Of a DNA stretch of 64,000 nucleotides, positions 25,325 to 37,744 are shown piece by piece. The stretch is from Leucoraja ocellata (taxonomy: Eukaryota). The number at the start of each line of letters is the position of its first letter. Position 1 is the stretch's first letter. Location: NCBI GenBank assembly GCA_036785375.1, contig JAWMAR010000882.1, positions 186,001 through 250,000 of the forward strand. The letters are read 5' to 3'. The notes beneath the pieces were generated by a model. That model ran no database searches, was not told where the DNA came from, and saw nothing but the letters and a program-made list of their open reading frames with translations. The translations under genes and the position numbers were made by a program.

Positions 25325-26353
25325 CAGGTGCACAACCTTTTATCCGGTGTTCCGGAAACCGAAAAACTCCGAAAACCGGCCATTTTTTCCAGGATGTCGT
25401 CTGCACACCAAAGCTCGCGTTTGACGCCAAACTTGACCCGAAACGACCCACGGTCAACCCAGGTCTGTACTACTGGAGCGGCTGCCTCCTCCCCGGAGAC
25501 CGGGGAGACACTTAAACATCTGTAAATCATTGCTTAAATGTTAGTCAGTTAGTTTGGAGGGCTTTTATGTGAAGGGGGGGTTGAAGGGGTAAACTTTAAT
25601 TCTTAGTCCCCTACCTGGTCGGAGAGACGGGGAGCGGTCAATGCCTTACCGGGTCGCCGTGCAGTAAGCTCCGCAGCGCTGTGGCTGCCAACTCCCAGCT
25701 GGGGCTGCGGGCGGCGCCGGTTGTAGCTCCGACCCCGGCAACTCTACCCCTGGCTGCGGGGCGCTCCAAATCCAGCGCCGCCCGCGGCCGGACGCCCCCC
25801 ACCCCAGCTCCGCAAATGTTGGGAGTCGGCGGCGTCGCAGCGCTGGGATACCAGCGGGAAGCGGGCAATGCCTTACCGGGTCGCCGTGCGGTAAGCTCCA
25901 GGGCGCTGAGGCCGCCTTCTCCCAACATTCGCGGAGCTGGGACTGCGGGCGTCCGGCCACGGGCGGCGCTGGATTTGGAGCGCCTCGCAGCCAGGGGTCG
26001 AGTTGCCGGGGTCGGAGCTCCAACCGGCGCCGCCCGCGGCCGGACGGAGCCCCCAGCTTCGCGATGTTGGGAGTCGCCGACCAGGTAGGGGACTAAGAAT
26101 TAAAGTTTCCCCCTTCACCCACCCACCCCACCACCACCTCATAAAATCCCTCCAAACTAACTGGCTAACATTTATGCAATGATTTACAATGATTCCCCGG
26201 TCTCCGGGGAGGAGGCAGTCGCTCCAGACTTTTCAAGCCGCCCGCGCTACCTACCTAATCTACGCTAAAAATCTTCCATTCGGAAATCCGAAAATGTCCG
26301 AAATCCGACAAGTGTCTGGTCCCAAGGCTTTCGGATAAAAGGTTGTGCACCTG
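25325..26353. mobile_element. Non-autonomous Tc1/mariner-pogo-like DNA transposon in CLCN6 intron 19
   Basis: Perfect 22-bp TIRs CAGGTGCACAACCTTTTATCCG (25325-25346; 26332-26353), TA on both sides, no transposase ORF, GC-rich repetitive interior. Confidence 0.88.
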
Positions 26354-26795
26354 TACTAATATATATGCAGCAAATGGGTTAGTTCCTTATTGGTTACAAT
26401 CCTTGACAGGATGTCCGGGTGCAGGAAGACTTGAGTGATAATATAAATGAGAAATGCCAGGTGGCCACCTTTCACCGTTGTCCAATGTGATGCCATGTGC
26501 TGTCTGGTAGTCCAAGGCCAATAAATTACACATTTTAAAGTAGCTTTTGAAGAAATGTTATTTATTTTTTTAGTATGGACTCAAGATCATGTCATGGGCT
26601 GTCTTAGAATTTTGTTTAATGGGTTTCTAGTGTAGTAAAAGGCTTTTTGAAATTTTGGCGATGTTCTCTGAAATGTATCTGCATTTTTGCACCATGTCCA
26701 CAGAGATTATTTTAAACATGAGTATGTTTTGTAATTGTCCTGCACAACCTTTAAGTGTACTCGCTCAGTTACTGCCTGCCTTCCTGTTTGTGCAG

Positions 26796-26952
26796 ACACG
26801 TCCCGTATCCAAATCTCTACCCTGACCAGTCTCCGAGTGAGGACTGGACAATGGAGGAGCGCTTTCGACCGTTAACTTTTCATGGCATTATTCGGAGATC
26901 GCAGCTGGTTACCTTACTCGTACGTGGGGTTTGCTACTTAGAGACCCATTCA
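26796..26952 (+). CDS. CLCN6: CLCN6 exon 20 (HVPYPNLYPDQSPSEDWTMEERFRPLTFHGIIRRSQLVTLLVRGVCYLETHS)
   Basis: 157 nt, cag|..|gtaagt. Confidence 0.96.
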
Positions 26953-27820
26953 GTAAGTGCACAACAAAACTCTTGTACTTCCATTTAATAAAATGCTGAA
27001 TTTTAAGAAATATTCTTTGGAAATGTTTATAACTTTTAATGGAATGTTTTGAGCGATGGAGAATTTATTATAGTTAAACATAACTAGTTACTAGGGCTGA
27101 TATATAGTGGGCTAGGTAAAGTTAGTTTGCAATTTCTTTTAATTTATATTGCGACAATTATGAAGAAGCAATGTAGTTACTGGGGAAGTTTGTTCAGTTG
27201 TATGTCAGGCAAAGGAAAATGCAACATTTGAAAGGATTAGCATTAAACATGCATAAAAATAGTTAAAGACCACAGACTTCATGAATGGTACTGAAATAAT
27301 AAAGATATGAATGCCCCGTTTGGTGGAATACACAGAATGCACAAATAGTATTTAACTACCTGGCAAAAATTACAGTAGAGAACATACTAATTAAATGGGG
27401 CAGCACTCTCCACGGCCATTATAATGCTGAGGAAACAAAGGCTGATCTCCCGAGTCATGGGTTGCATGATGAAAAGCTTTGTGTTTCGAGCGTTGGAAGG
27501 AGGTATCTACTATTAACCAAATAGATAAAGTGGAGTGGCCTGAGAAATGGGGAATATACCAAAACACAAACCAGCAGATAGCCATAAATGGGTCAGTTAG
27601 AGTTTGGACCCACCTTTTGTACCATTTACACAGAGTTCATTCTGCATCAGTAGGATTTACTTGAGAAACAGTTGCAGCAACAGTGCAGAAATAGGAATTA
27701 TTATAGCTAGGTGATGAAAAATATAGGAAATAAATTATTCTCACCTTTAATTATCTGTTGTAGTATTTTCTCTTGTGTTTCTGGGCTACTTGGCTCAGTC
27801 TTGTTCTCTCTGCTTTTCAG

Positions 27821-27928
27821 AGTTCAACGCAACCACGGCTATCGTACTCTGAAATGACCGAAGATTATCCACGATATCCTGATGTTCATGACCTTGATCT
27901 GACTCTCCTCAATCCTCGCATGATTGTG
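27821..27928 (+). CDS. CLCN6: CLCN6 exon 21 (SSTQPRLSYSEMTEDYPRYPDVHDLDLTLLNPRMIV)
   Basis: 108 nt, cag|..|gtaagt. Confidence 0.96.
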
Positions 27929-28191
27929 GTAAGTGTTTGTTCACGTTGCTGCTTCAAACAAAGCATTAATCAACAGCTGTCCCTGATCTTGGTGGTTTAC
28001 TTTTATGCATCTGTGACAAGAAATTGCTTTCAAAAGTGTGGGGAGAGACGAGCTTGTAAGAAACAATAGATTGGTTGAAATTGGTTGCTAGCACCACATT
28101 CTGACATCACTCCTTTCCACACATCTATATTGTTAGTCTATATGAGAATGTAATCAACCAGAACATTTGTGCCTTGTTTCAGCATCCTTAG

Positions 28192-28372
28192 TTCAGCTAG
28201 TGGAGCTGCTGCCTCACAATGCCAGAGACCCAGGTTTGATTCTGATTTTGAGTAGAGTTTGTATGTTCTCCCTGTAACCACATGGGTTTCCTCCGGCTGC
28301 TCCGGTTTCCTCCCACATCCCAAAGACGTGCGGGTTTGTTGGTTAATTGGCCTCTGTAAATTACCCCTCGTG
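28192..28372 (+). mobile_element. tRNA-derived SINE
   Basis: gctgctgcctcacaatgccagagacccaggtttgattctga...ggtttcctcccacatcccaaagacgtg. Confidence 0.75.
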
Positions 28373-28990
28373 TTTAAGAATGCTGTGGTCCCCATCTCAT
28401 GATTAGCACAAAGTCTGACCTATTGGGGAAGTAGGTAATTCCCTTTTCATGGCTCTCCCAGTAATGCATAGCAAATTCAGCTCGGATATACATGCTCTGT
28501 ATCCTTTCTCTCCCCTCCTGGTGCTGGTGGAGCCCTCCTTTCCTCCTGTCATAGTCAGGACTTGGGAAATCAATCTGCCATGGAATGGCGACAGTCACTT
28601 TGAGTGTCATTGTCTTATCCACCAGGATCCTTGTTGATTTATCAGATCTACCCATCTAATCCTTAACATCATTTTGTGCTGGATATCTTAATCCCTTGGG
28701 CAAGAACACTTCCTTGAGATATTTTAGTTCATCTCTACAACCAGGCATCCTTCCTCTTGCAGAATGTCAATATTAACAATTCCTTCTTTTCCACCCCTGC
28801 TCCCACCAAAGATGCTGCTGGACCCACTGAGTTCCTACAGCAGAGTTTTGTTTTTTTTTGAAATCGTAGCATGAGTTGGAGCAGTTTCGCATTTTGTGCC
28901 AAAGCTGGTCATTTGTTGGACAACAGTTTACAAATGGCTGTCTCTGATTGTCAGATATCTATTTTGAACTAGTTATCTTCTCTGCAATAG

Positions 28991-29116
28991 GATATCACAC
29001 CGTACATGAATCCTTGTCCATATACAGTCTCGCCAAGCACACACGTGTCTCAGGTCTTCAACCTGTTTCGTACCATGGGACTGAGGCACCTACCGGTGGT
29101 CAATGCAGTAGGAGAG
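28991..29116 (+). CDS. CLCN6: CLCN6 exon 22, CBS2 (DITPYMNPCPYTVSPSTHVSQVFNLFRTMGLRHLPVVNAVGE)
   Basis: 126 nt, tag|..|gtgagt. Confidence 0.96.
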
Positions 29117-29585
29117 GTGAGTTGCGGGCCCGGGGTTTCCTGATTATATATAGGATCGGTGGGAATTGTACCGGGAAATTTGTCAGTTAGTTGGTTGGAT
29201 GAAGCTAAACAATGGTGGCGTTTAGTGGTTCAGCATTTGGGGAAGGCAACTGGGTGAGTGGTGTGAGAGATTTCAGTGGAGGTATGTCCATTTGTCTATG
29301 GAGATGCTGAATTCCCTCCCTGAAAGGACACAATCATTGGTTTCCCTCGAATTCCCTACAGGAATTTGGGTCGAATGTTTGGGTATTTCCTCAAGCGACA
29401 TTAATGATATCAGTTTACAAGATTATGCAAATGGTCATGTGTTTAAAAGAAAAAGATTGATCTATTTTTTTTAAAAAGGATCTCATTAGATAACGGGAAG
29501 ATGAGAGGCAAGGTAGTTTCTGCAACTTTGTGTGTGCTTGAGCAGTTAAAAATCTTACCAAAATTTCAAATTTTCTTTCCTTTAG

Positions 29586-29666
29586 ATTGTTGGAATCATC
29601 ACAAGACATAATTTGAGCCACGATTTTCTATTGATGAAACTGCGCCACCACAACATGACAATCTGA
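29586..29666 (+). CDS. CLCN6: CLCN6 last coding exon 23 (IVGIITRHNLSHDFLLMKLRHHNMTI-stop)
   Basis: tag acceptor at 29583-29585, TGA at 29664-29666; C-terminus aligns with ClC-6. Confidence 0.95.
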   Translation: MVGIITRHNLSHDFLLMKLRHHNMTI

Positions 29667-30284
29667 TTCTCGCCCTCATGGTGCAACATTCCCGACACCT
29701 CTGCCACACATTGCAAAGGCAATGATTTTCGAGGCCATCTGAAAAGGCAGGATATTCTTTGGCATCAGTCCTCTCACCCATCTGTTCATGAACAATTGCT
29801 GAAGGGTGTATGTCCCCAGTCGTTAGCCTATATAGTTTGCAGCATTGCTTATCTGTTCAGTCCATGGCTCGTTCGCTCGCTCGTGTGTCAGGCGATGTAG
29901 CTCGCTGTTGGCTTCTGTCGTCGTCCAACATGTTGACAGAATTGTTGCCCGACGCGTCACAGAGCGCATCGCGTCGTCGCTTCCAGGGATCACCACGAGG
30001 AGGATTCTGTCATGATCACTAAATGTTTCCGTGGCTGAATGTTATTAATTGTGGAGCTAGTTTGTTCTCAAGTGAGGCAGGCAGCAGTGAAAGGGAATGA
30101 TTTATTCTGAGGTAAATTACTACAGTTTGGACCTCCCTCAGGCCTGAGAATTTTGTCACAAAGGCAGTCGATTGAACACTATGTGGTATTTGGGAGATGG
30201 TCGACGCTGCATTTTCTCGTATCAAAGGGACGTCTCAAAACATGAAGCACCAACTATACAGTAAATGGAGTAATTTACTAATGG

Positions 30285-30510
30285 AAACACAAGGAACTGC
30301 AGAATCTGGAATAATGTGCAAAGTGCTGGAGGATCTCTGGGTCCGGCAGCATCTGTGGAGAGAATGGACAGGCAACATTTTGGGTCAGGAGCCTTCTTTA
30401 GACTGCGATCTCCAGTCTGAAGAAGGGCCACGACCCGAAACATTGCCTGGACATCCCCTCCACAGATGCTGCCTGGCCCACTGAGTCACTCCAGCAATTT
30501 GAGTTTTGCA
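30285..30510. mobile_element. Older palindromic Penelope-derived element downstream of the CLCN6 stop
   Basis: Diverged inverted arms; ctgaagaagggccacgacccgaaac at 30417-30441. Confidence 0.7.
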
Positions 30511-30639
30511 CAATTTGCTAATGGAATTATTGAGAAATAGATTCATATTTCCGTCAGTTTGTTTTTAACACTAAATTTGTGAATTAACTGAATAATGTAC
30601 TTCAGATAAATTTGTCGCTTGGCACAGACTCAGGGGTTC

Positions 30640-31075
30640 GGTTTATTAAAAAACGCAGACAGTAATTTCTCGTAATACGGTTTCCAGTTAAATGGAGCGA
30701 GTGTTGACCATGTACAAAGCGGATGTCTTATTGATATTTACCTTAGGACTGTCCTTATGCTAAAATTCTCCGGGGTTCTCCATGCCCTTGTGAGAATCAC
30801 TCACAAGGGCGACAACACCAGCGAAAGCACGGGCATTAATGAAGTTATTCTCTGACGCAAGGTTCAAACCTGAGCCATCTGTATCCCAAGAGCATAATAT
30901 AATGTCATAACAATATTGAATAACATAGAGGAAAGTGGGTCACCCTGCTTCACCCTAAATAAGAATGCTCCCGGTCCTAATTTTTGCATGTTCAATAAAA
31001 GTATCCATGTTCATATCAACCCCCATCCTGCCAAGAGTTTTAACACCATTGAGATCAATAAAAACCATGGCTGGA
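30640..31075 (-). mobile_element. Decayed R2-like non-LTR reverse transcriptase fragment
   Basis: Ordered motifs AMVFIDL, RVKQGDPLSSMLFNIVM (30956-30906), INARAFAGVVALVSDSHKGM (30840-30781), VNINKT; frameshifted. Confidence 0.65.
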
Positions 31076-31279
31076 TTTTTGTGATTCTTCTTGGCCCCTG
31101 TTATTAAGGGATTTTAATTGGCAATATTTTGATTACAACTAGGGGTGCTGTGACAAATCTGTTCTGACTAATATGTTCTGACGAGGGTGAGTGAATTAGC
31201 TAGTCATTTGGCTCAGATTTTAGGAAAATCTCTCCACGCATGTTTCATTTGAGCAGCTGAGAGGTGGAACAGCACAGGA

Positions 31280-32860
31280 ATTTTAAAAGGCAGCAGTCAG
31301 CATCCTGGGGTGACTGCTCCTAGTGGTGTATAAAAGGAAGGCAGGTGGCCATATTGTGAGAGGCTGTTGAGGTGCAATGATTTGTTGAAGGTATTGACTT
31401 GTGAGGCTTCTGTGAGGAGGCTGAGGAGAGGCTGTCGGCAAGACAGGGCAGTGTTTTCTTTTGTGTAACTCTTCCTTGTTAGTGCAGTAGAGATGACATT
31501 TAGGGCACTTGAATGCTCCTCCTGCAGGATGTTGGAAGTCAGGGATACTTATAGTATCTCTGAGGACCACACTTTGGGATCGGACTGCAGGAAGTGGAGC
31601 TGTTACTGGTCAACCTCACTATTATCTAGGAGAATTAGAACATATTTGGTAGGTGTTATGATGAGGTGGTCATGCATTGGGTACAGACAGCAAGTGGATG
31701 GTAAAAGGAGTAGGCAGCAACTACTGTGCAAATTTGACACAGTAGCAAAAGATATGAAATAGATAGATTGAATATTGAGCAAAGGATTAAAAGAGACTCG
31801 AGTGCAGTGATTTCCAGATTACTCCCAGTGTCACGTGCTATTAAGGGTAGGACTAGAAAGATAGGTGATGAACTCGGTGTGGCTGGGACGTTAGAGCCAT
31901 TACTGAGATTTGACTAAAGGAGTGATAGGTTGCAGATGATACTAAAGTAGATGAAATCTTAGACAGTGATAGTGGGGATCAAGAGTCTTGATCAGCTGTG
32001 CAAGTGGGTTAAGGAATGGCAAAAGGAGTTTATTTCAGGTAAGTGTGAGGTGTTGCATTTTAGGAAATCAAACCTAGGCCCTTCCTTCACAGTGAACAGT
32101 AGCGCTCTGGGGATTGTTGCAGTGCTGAGCTATCCAGGCGTACAAGTACATAGTTCCCTGAAAGTGGCATCACAGGTAGATAGGGTGGTGACAAACGGGG
32201 TACTGATTGTGGATGATCAGCCATGATCACATTGAATGCTGGCTCGAAGGACAGAATGGCCTACTCCTGCACCTATTGTCTATTGTTTATTGTCTATTGA
32301 CAAAGATTGGCCTTCATCAGTTAGGGTAGTGAGGATAGAAGTTGCTTTAGTTGTACAATGTGTCGGTGAGGCTGCACATGGAGTATTGTGTTTAGTTTTG
32401 GCACCCCTGCTTTAGAAAATAAATAATTTAGCTGGAAAGAGTGCAGAAACAAATTGTGAGGATGTTGCCAGGACTAGGGAGACGTAGTGCAGGCTAGGAG
32501 TTTATTTCTTGGAGCTCAAGAGGCTTAAGGGGTGATCTTATGAGGGGAACACACTGGGTAAATGCACAATTTTTCCCCTGAGAGTTGTGGAAATCAAAAA
32601 CATAAGGCTTAGGTTTAAAGTGAGTGGGAAATATTTACTAAGAACCTGAGGGGCAATATTTTTCATGCAGAGTGGGTAGATATATGGAATGAGCTGCAAG
32701 AGGAAACAGTTGGGACAGATACCATAACATTTAAAATACATTTAGACAGATACATGGATTGGAAAGGTTTAGAGGGAAATGATCCAAACGTGGTGAATGG
32801 AACAAGCTTAGATGGGGCATCTTGGTTGGCTTAGACGTGTTTGGCCAAAGGGCCTCATGA
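31280..32860 (+). mobile_element. Decayed CR1 LINE (ORF1 Cys-rich start plus RT fragments)
   Basis: ECSSCRMLEVR ORF1-like piece; DQLCKWVKEWQKEF..KCEVLHF RT piece; CR1 3' end. Confidence 0.75.
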
Positions 32861-34164
32861 TTTTAATATATGAAAATTGTGGTTAGAGAAATTTCTGTTG
32901 TTAGTTACCATGACAGATTGGTCTGAAGCTTGCCATCATGCAGTTACTGTAATTTCCATGGTAAAGCAGTTGGTGGAGCTGGACATCAAGTTATAACAAT
33001 AGATGCAAATAAAGTATTGCATTTTAGCACTACATTAGAATTTTTTTTTTTTTTTTTGGTTACAGTTGCAATTGCAACGGATTTCTCCCTTGCTGTGAAG
33101 GAGAAGAGAGGCTAAGGTGATGGAAGATAAATTAACTGTTAATGTGCAAAATAATACACTAAAATTGCTGGGAATAAGTGAGAAAAGGGAGCTGCTGGTT
33201 GATGTTTTGTGTGAAGGAAGCTAGTGATTCAACCATCTCTGCCACTTTGTCTTGGCTGGTGTTACTGTTTGAGCTGAGCCTCCACCACCACCTCTATTAG
33301 TTTAAGGGAAGTGAGGTTTGGGAGAGTATCGAGGCAGGGTTATTCTTCTGTTTTATACAACTGAAAGACAATGCCAATTGAAAAATTAAATGGACCAATG
33401 AAAGGTTAAACCACGCAAAGGAAACCTCTGAGCTGCTGGATCATAAAATGAAAGGGAAAATTTGAGATGCCCTTTTAAATTCAATTCCCTTTTAAATTCT
33501 GTTTTTTTAATAGGGTTTTTTGTCTTCGATTATAAAATGTTTTAAGTAATAATGGGACATTATGTGTTTTTATTAGAAGTCTTAAGTTTTATTTTCAGTA
33601 TGTTCATTGCACTTAATCTGCCATGACTGTCACCTAACATCATTTTGATACAAGTTTATTGTGCAGTCCTTGTGGGATCTGTACCCTGTGTAAAAATAGC
33701 CATTGGTACCAACAGTATTTACATTTTCATGTTTCAGATATACTTATGGTGTGTGAGCTTTGGGCCATCTGCAATAATCAAAAGCAAAATATCATTACAT
33801 TAATAATGGGTCCAGATGATTACTGCTGCTTATTACAAAGCAGTTCTGTTTTTTTAATATGGGACAATGTAGAATTCCTGGGAACCTGGGTTGTTATTTG
33901 GGTGAATCCCAGCCTGGTTTCTGAGCCAGAGAATAACTTTATTTTTAACACGGTTTTGTGATGCTTAAATTAGGCTGGATCTACTTTCTATAGATTTGTC
34001 ATGTCAGCACCTAGTTGCAACAGCCCTCCACAAAATCCACCCTAATTCTCGCAGACACCCAAAGTTGCAACATAACTTTGGATTGTCTAATTGTTGCCCC
34101 CCATTTATGGCATCACCTATCCTTCATCCATTCACTTACCATGTAGCACTGGAATCAAATGCGT

Positions 34165-34458
34165 CTTAAGAATAAGGGGGAAATCCTTTAAAACCGAGAT
34201 TAGAAGAACGTTTTTCACACAGAGAGTGGTGAATCTCTGGAACTCTCTGCCACAGAGGGTAGTTGAGGCCAGTTCATTGGCTATATTTAAGAGGGAGTTA
34301 GATGTGGCCCTTGTGGCTAAGGGGATCAGGGGGTATGGAGAGAAGGCAGGTACGGGATACTGAGTTGGATGATCAGCCATGATCATATTGAATGGCGGTG
34401 CAGGCTCGAAGGGCTGAATGGCCTACTCCTGCACCTAATTTCTATGTTTCTATGTTTC
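34165..34458 (+). mobile_element. Young CR1 LINE 3' end
   Basis: LRIRGKSFKTEIRRTFFTQRVVNLWNSLPQ; (TTTCTATG)n tail. Confidence 0.88.
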
Positions 34459-35504
34459 ATGCCAGGTTCCAGTAATTCATTAACATTTGCAACGGCTGAA
34501 AACGGTTCCTGAATCTTCAGGCTTGCAGCATTTCAAAGAATGCAAAAAAATGACTTCCTGGTGAGTAAGGTAGCCATAGGTTCCAGTTTCTACCTATGTT
34601 ACAATTGTCTGTAAAGCCTTGAATACTCAGAATGATGGATATTAAGTTGCTGCCACCAGAATATTATATTGTTGTGTTTGCACTCATTATTTTATGCATT
34701 CATTGTTTCACATCAGAAAGCTTCTGAAGCTAAATGTAATTCTCATTTATTTTTTTTATTCCATGTTTTTAAATGTTCTGTTCGTATCTTTTATTTTTAA
34801 GATTAGGTGACAGTAAAATAAAACATTCCCATTTGTGGTGTTGGGGGTGTCAGTTCAGAATTTTTATTTTCCACACATCGAGGATTTCTGAAGTAAGTGG
34901 ATGTTATAGGGATTTTTATATACTCCAGTTCCTTGGACCTTACAAATAGCATAAACTCTACATGATTACCCTTGAGTTGAGAAGATTGCAAATTCTGGTT
35001 AAATTAGTAGTTAGTGAAGGCTCATGTTAACTTTGCTCCTGAGCTCTACCTACATTTATGACGCTCAGAGCCCCATGTGCTCTTTTAAACATTTTCCTTA
35101 ACTTGCCAGGCTGGTAATACGGGCAACTGGATTAAGAATCGGACATCCAAATCCCACCATGGTGAACTTTCAATCTAATTTCAGTTAATCTGGAATTTAC
35201 AAAACTAGTGGGTTATTAATTAAAAAACAAACCTAGTTCACTCATGTCTTTTGGAAGGCAGTCTGCTATTCTTATGTACTCTGACTTGTATGCAACTGCT
35301 TCATTATTATTGTTTTAAAAAGTGCAACCTGCAAAGATGAATATACAACTCTATTTCTTCATCCAAGCCATTTGTAAAGATGTTAAGATCTCAGCAGAAG
35401 TACACATGGTAGTGCCTTGAGCCGGCTCCACCATTCCTCAAGATCGGGGTTGATCCAGTCTAGGTTTGAACACCATTTTACTGCTCTCTTCAAATGACCG
35501 CATT

Positions 35505-36590
35505 CAGAGTAGTGAGGCTGAATTTGGAGTATTGTCTTCAGTTTTGTTCACTCTGCTGTAGGAAAGGTGCCATGAAGCTGTAAAGATTGCAGAGATCATT
35601 TAAGAAGATCGAGGATATGAGCTATTGGGAAAAGCTGGACAGGCTAGGACTTTATTCCTTGGAGTGCAGGAGGGTAAAGGGTGATTTTATAGAGGTATAT
35701 AAAATCATGAGGGGAATAAATAAATAGTAATCAATTTTTTTCCCAGAGGAGGATAATCAAGAACCAAGGGCATTGATTTAATGAGAGAGGGGAAAGATTC
35801 ACAGAGGATGGTGGGTATATGGAACTCACTACCAAAAAAACTAGTTGAGGAATTACTGAGGGATAGGATTAGTCTACACTGGGAAAGACAGGGTACATCA
35901 ATGATAGCATGACTTTGTTAGGGCAGTAAAATTGTTTGATCAATTTGAGAATAAATGTGTTGATGAAATCAATGCTGTTATAACTCACATGGAATTCATA
36001 GAGCATTACACAAATCCCACGATTAAAAATTGGTACTAAAGGTTACAGCCTATGTGTTCCAGAGCAAGTTGGTAAATTGGATACAAAATTGGCTTGGTGA
36101 TGGGAAGCCTGTTGCCAGTGGTGTACCACAGGAATCTGCTTTTACATTCAATTCTGAATTATTTATATAAGTTTGTACTAAATTGAAGTTGCTGATGAGG
36201 TAAAAATTGGTGGTGGTGTTGATATGACAGTGACCAGGATCATTGTTGCAAGAGGGAGTTGATATATCTTCAAAGGTGGATACAAATGTAATCATTTGGG
36301 GAGATTAATAATGGCAAGGTATGCATAAATGAGTAGTAAAATCCTAGCAGTATTGAGGAACAGAGGAACCTTAGTGAGCAAGTCCAAGAAAGTCACAACA
36401 AATGTAGATTGGGTTTTGAATAAGGCAACTGAGATGTTAGCTTTCATTGGCTGGGGCCAAAAATGTGAGACACCATTTTTATGGAATATAGTGTAAGCCA
36501 TGTATGTATATTGCTTGCAGTTTTGGTCACCACACTACAGGAAGGACTTGACAGGAAGGTGCAGAAATGGTGCAACAGATGTTGGCTGGA
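35505..36590 (+). mobile_element. Decayed CR1 LINE fragments
   Basis: Degenerate WIQNWL, SGVPQ and RT C-terminal motifs. Confidence 0.65.
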
Positions 36591-36599
36591 CTTGATTGA

Positions 36600-36886
36600 T
36601 TGAAAGACGCAGATCGGAAACAGGCTATTCGACCCACCGAGTCCACGCTGCCCATCGATCACCTGTTCACAGTAGTTTTATGTTCTCCCGCTTTCTAATC
36701 CACTCCGTGGAGCAATTTACCGAAGTCAATTAACCTGCAAACTCGCCCGTCTTTGGGATGTGAGAGGAACCCCACGCTGTCACTGTCACAGGGAGAAAGT
36801 ACAAACTCCACACTGACAGCGGCCGAGGTCAGGATCGAACCCGGGTCTCTGGCGCTGTGAGGCAACGGCTCTGCCAACTGTGGCGG
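36600..36886 (-). mobile_element. tRNA-derived SINE
   Basis: cctcacagcgccagagacccgggttcgatcctgacctc head on the minus strand. Confidence 0.75.
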
Positions 36887-37019
36887 AGGCTGAGAGAATT
36901 GTATTTTAACGATCAAACTTTCTAAGGCGACGTGGCTATGATTCGCTGCACAGTGACCTGTTGCACCACAGTCATTGGGAATCGAACAGAGGATTGACGG
37001 GACCCAAAAGGTGACTGGG

Positions 37020-37560
37020 AGTCTGGATACACGATGGCGCGGGTTCGGGTTAGAGGGCGGGGCCGTGAGGCCGGCAGCTGTGCGAAGTGAGGCCGGTGTC
37101 TAGTCAGTGCGCGCCTTGTGTCCGGGGCGTCGCTAACGTCCAGGACTTGACCAAGGGTCAGAAGGTACAAAGCAAGTGGACAACCATTCTTGTTCTGGGA
37201 CTCATTCAGGGACACGTCGTGGGGGCTGCTCCCTGCAGGCCCGGCCCGCAGCCTCGCCCTCTCCTCAGGGCAGGGTCGGACCTCCTCCCTGTGAGCCCGA
37301 CCCTCGCCCTCTCCTCGGGCCCGGCCCGCAACCCATGTCCTTCCCCCAGGGATAGAGTCGCAGCCTTCTCCCGGGGCAGGATCAGAGCTCTCCCTTCCAC
37401 CCGGTCCAGGGCTCCCCTTGCAGGCCCGGCCCGCAGTTGCCCGCGCATTTGGCGAGGTAACATGCCGGATGAACCCTGAATCCCCGCGGGTCGGGCCTTG
37501 AGTAAGGAACCCACTAACGTCGCGTGTCCACCCCCTCCACAATGGTGCATGGCCCGCCGA
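37020..37560. other. GC/CpG-rich island of unknown function
   Basis: High GC and CpG density, GC box GGGCGGGG near 37054, three copies of GGCCCGGCCCGCA. Confidence 0.55.
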
Positions 37561-37744
37561 ATTACTCCAGCACTTTGTCTCAAGGTTTTAGCTTTACTTT
37601 GTGAACTAAAGTGGCAGGAAATGTTATGCCAAGGTGCTGACAATGCATTTACAATTGACGAAAAGGCAAAGGTGTGAAATAATCTGAAACGGAATCCCGA
37701 GGAGGTTAAGCACTTGAAATGACGGACTAAAAATAACCCAAGAG

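Noticed and set aside
25638-26142. Several Ala/Pro/Gly-rich ORFs
   Set aside because: They lie inside the repetitive GC-rich transposon interior; no transposase motifs.
36922-37643. ORFs of 130-206 aa in the GC-rich island
   Set aside because: Overlapping on both strands, low-complexity Arg/Gly/Pro composition expected from GC content, no recognisable domain.
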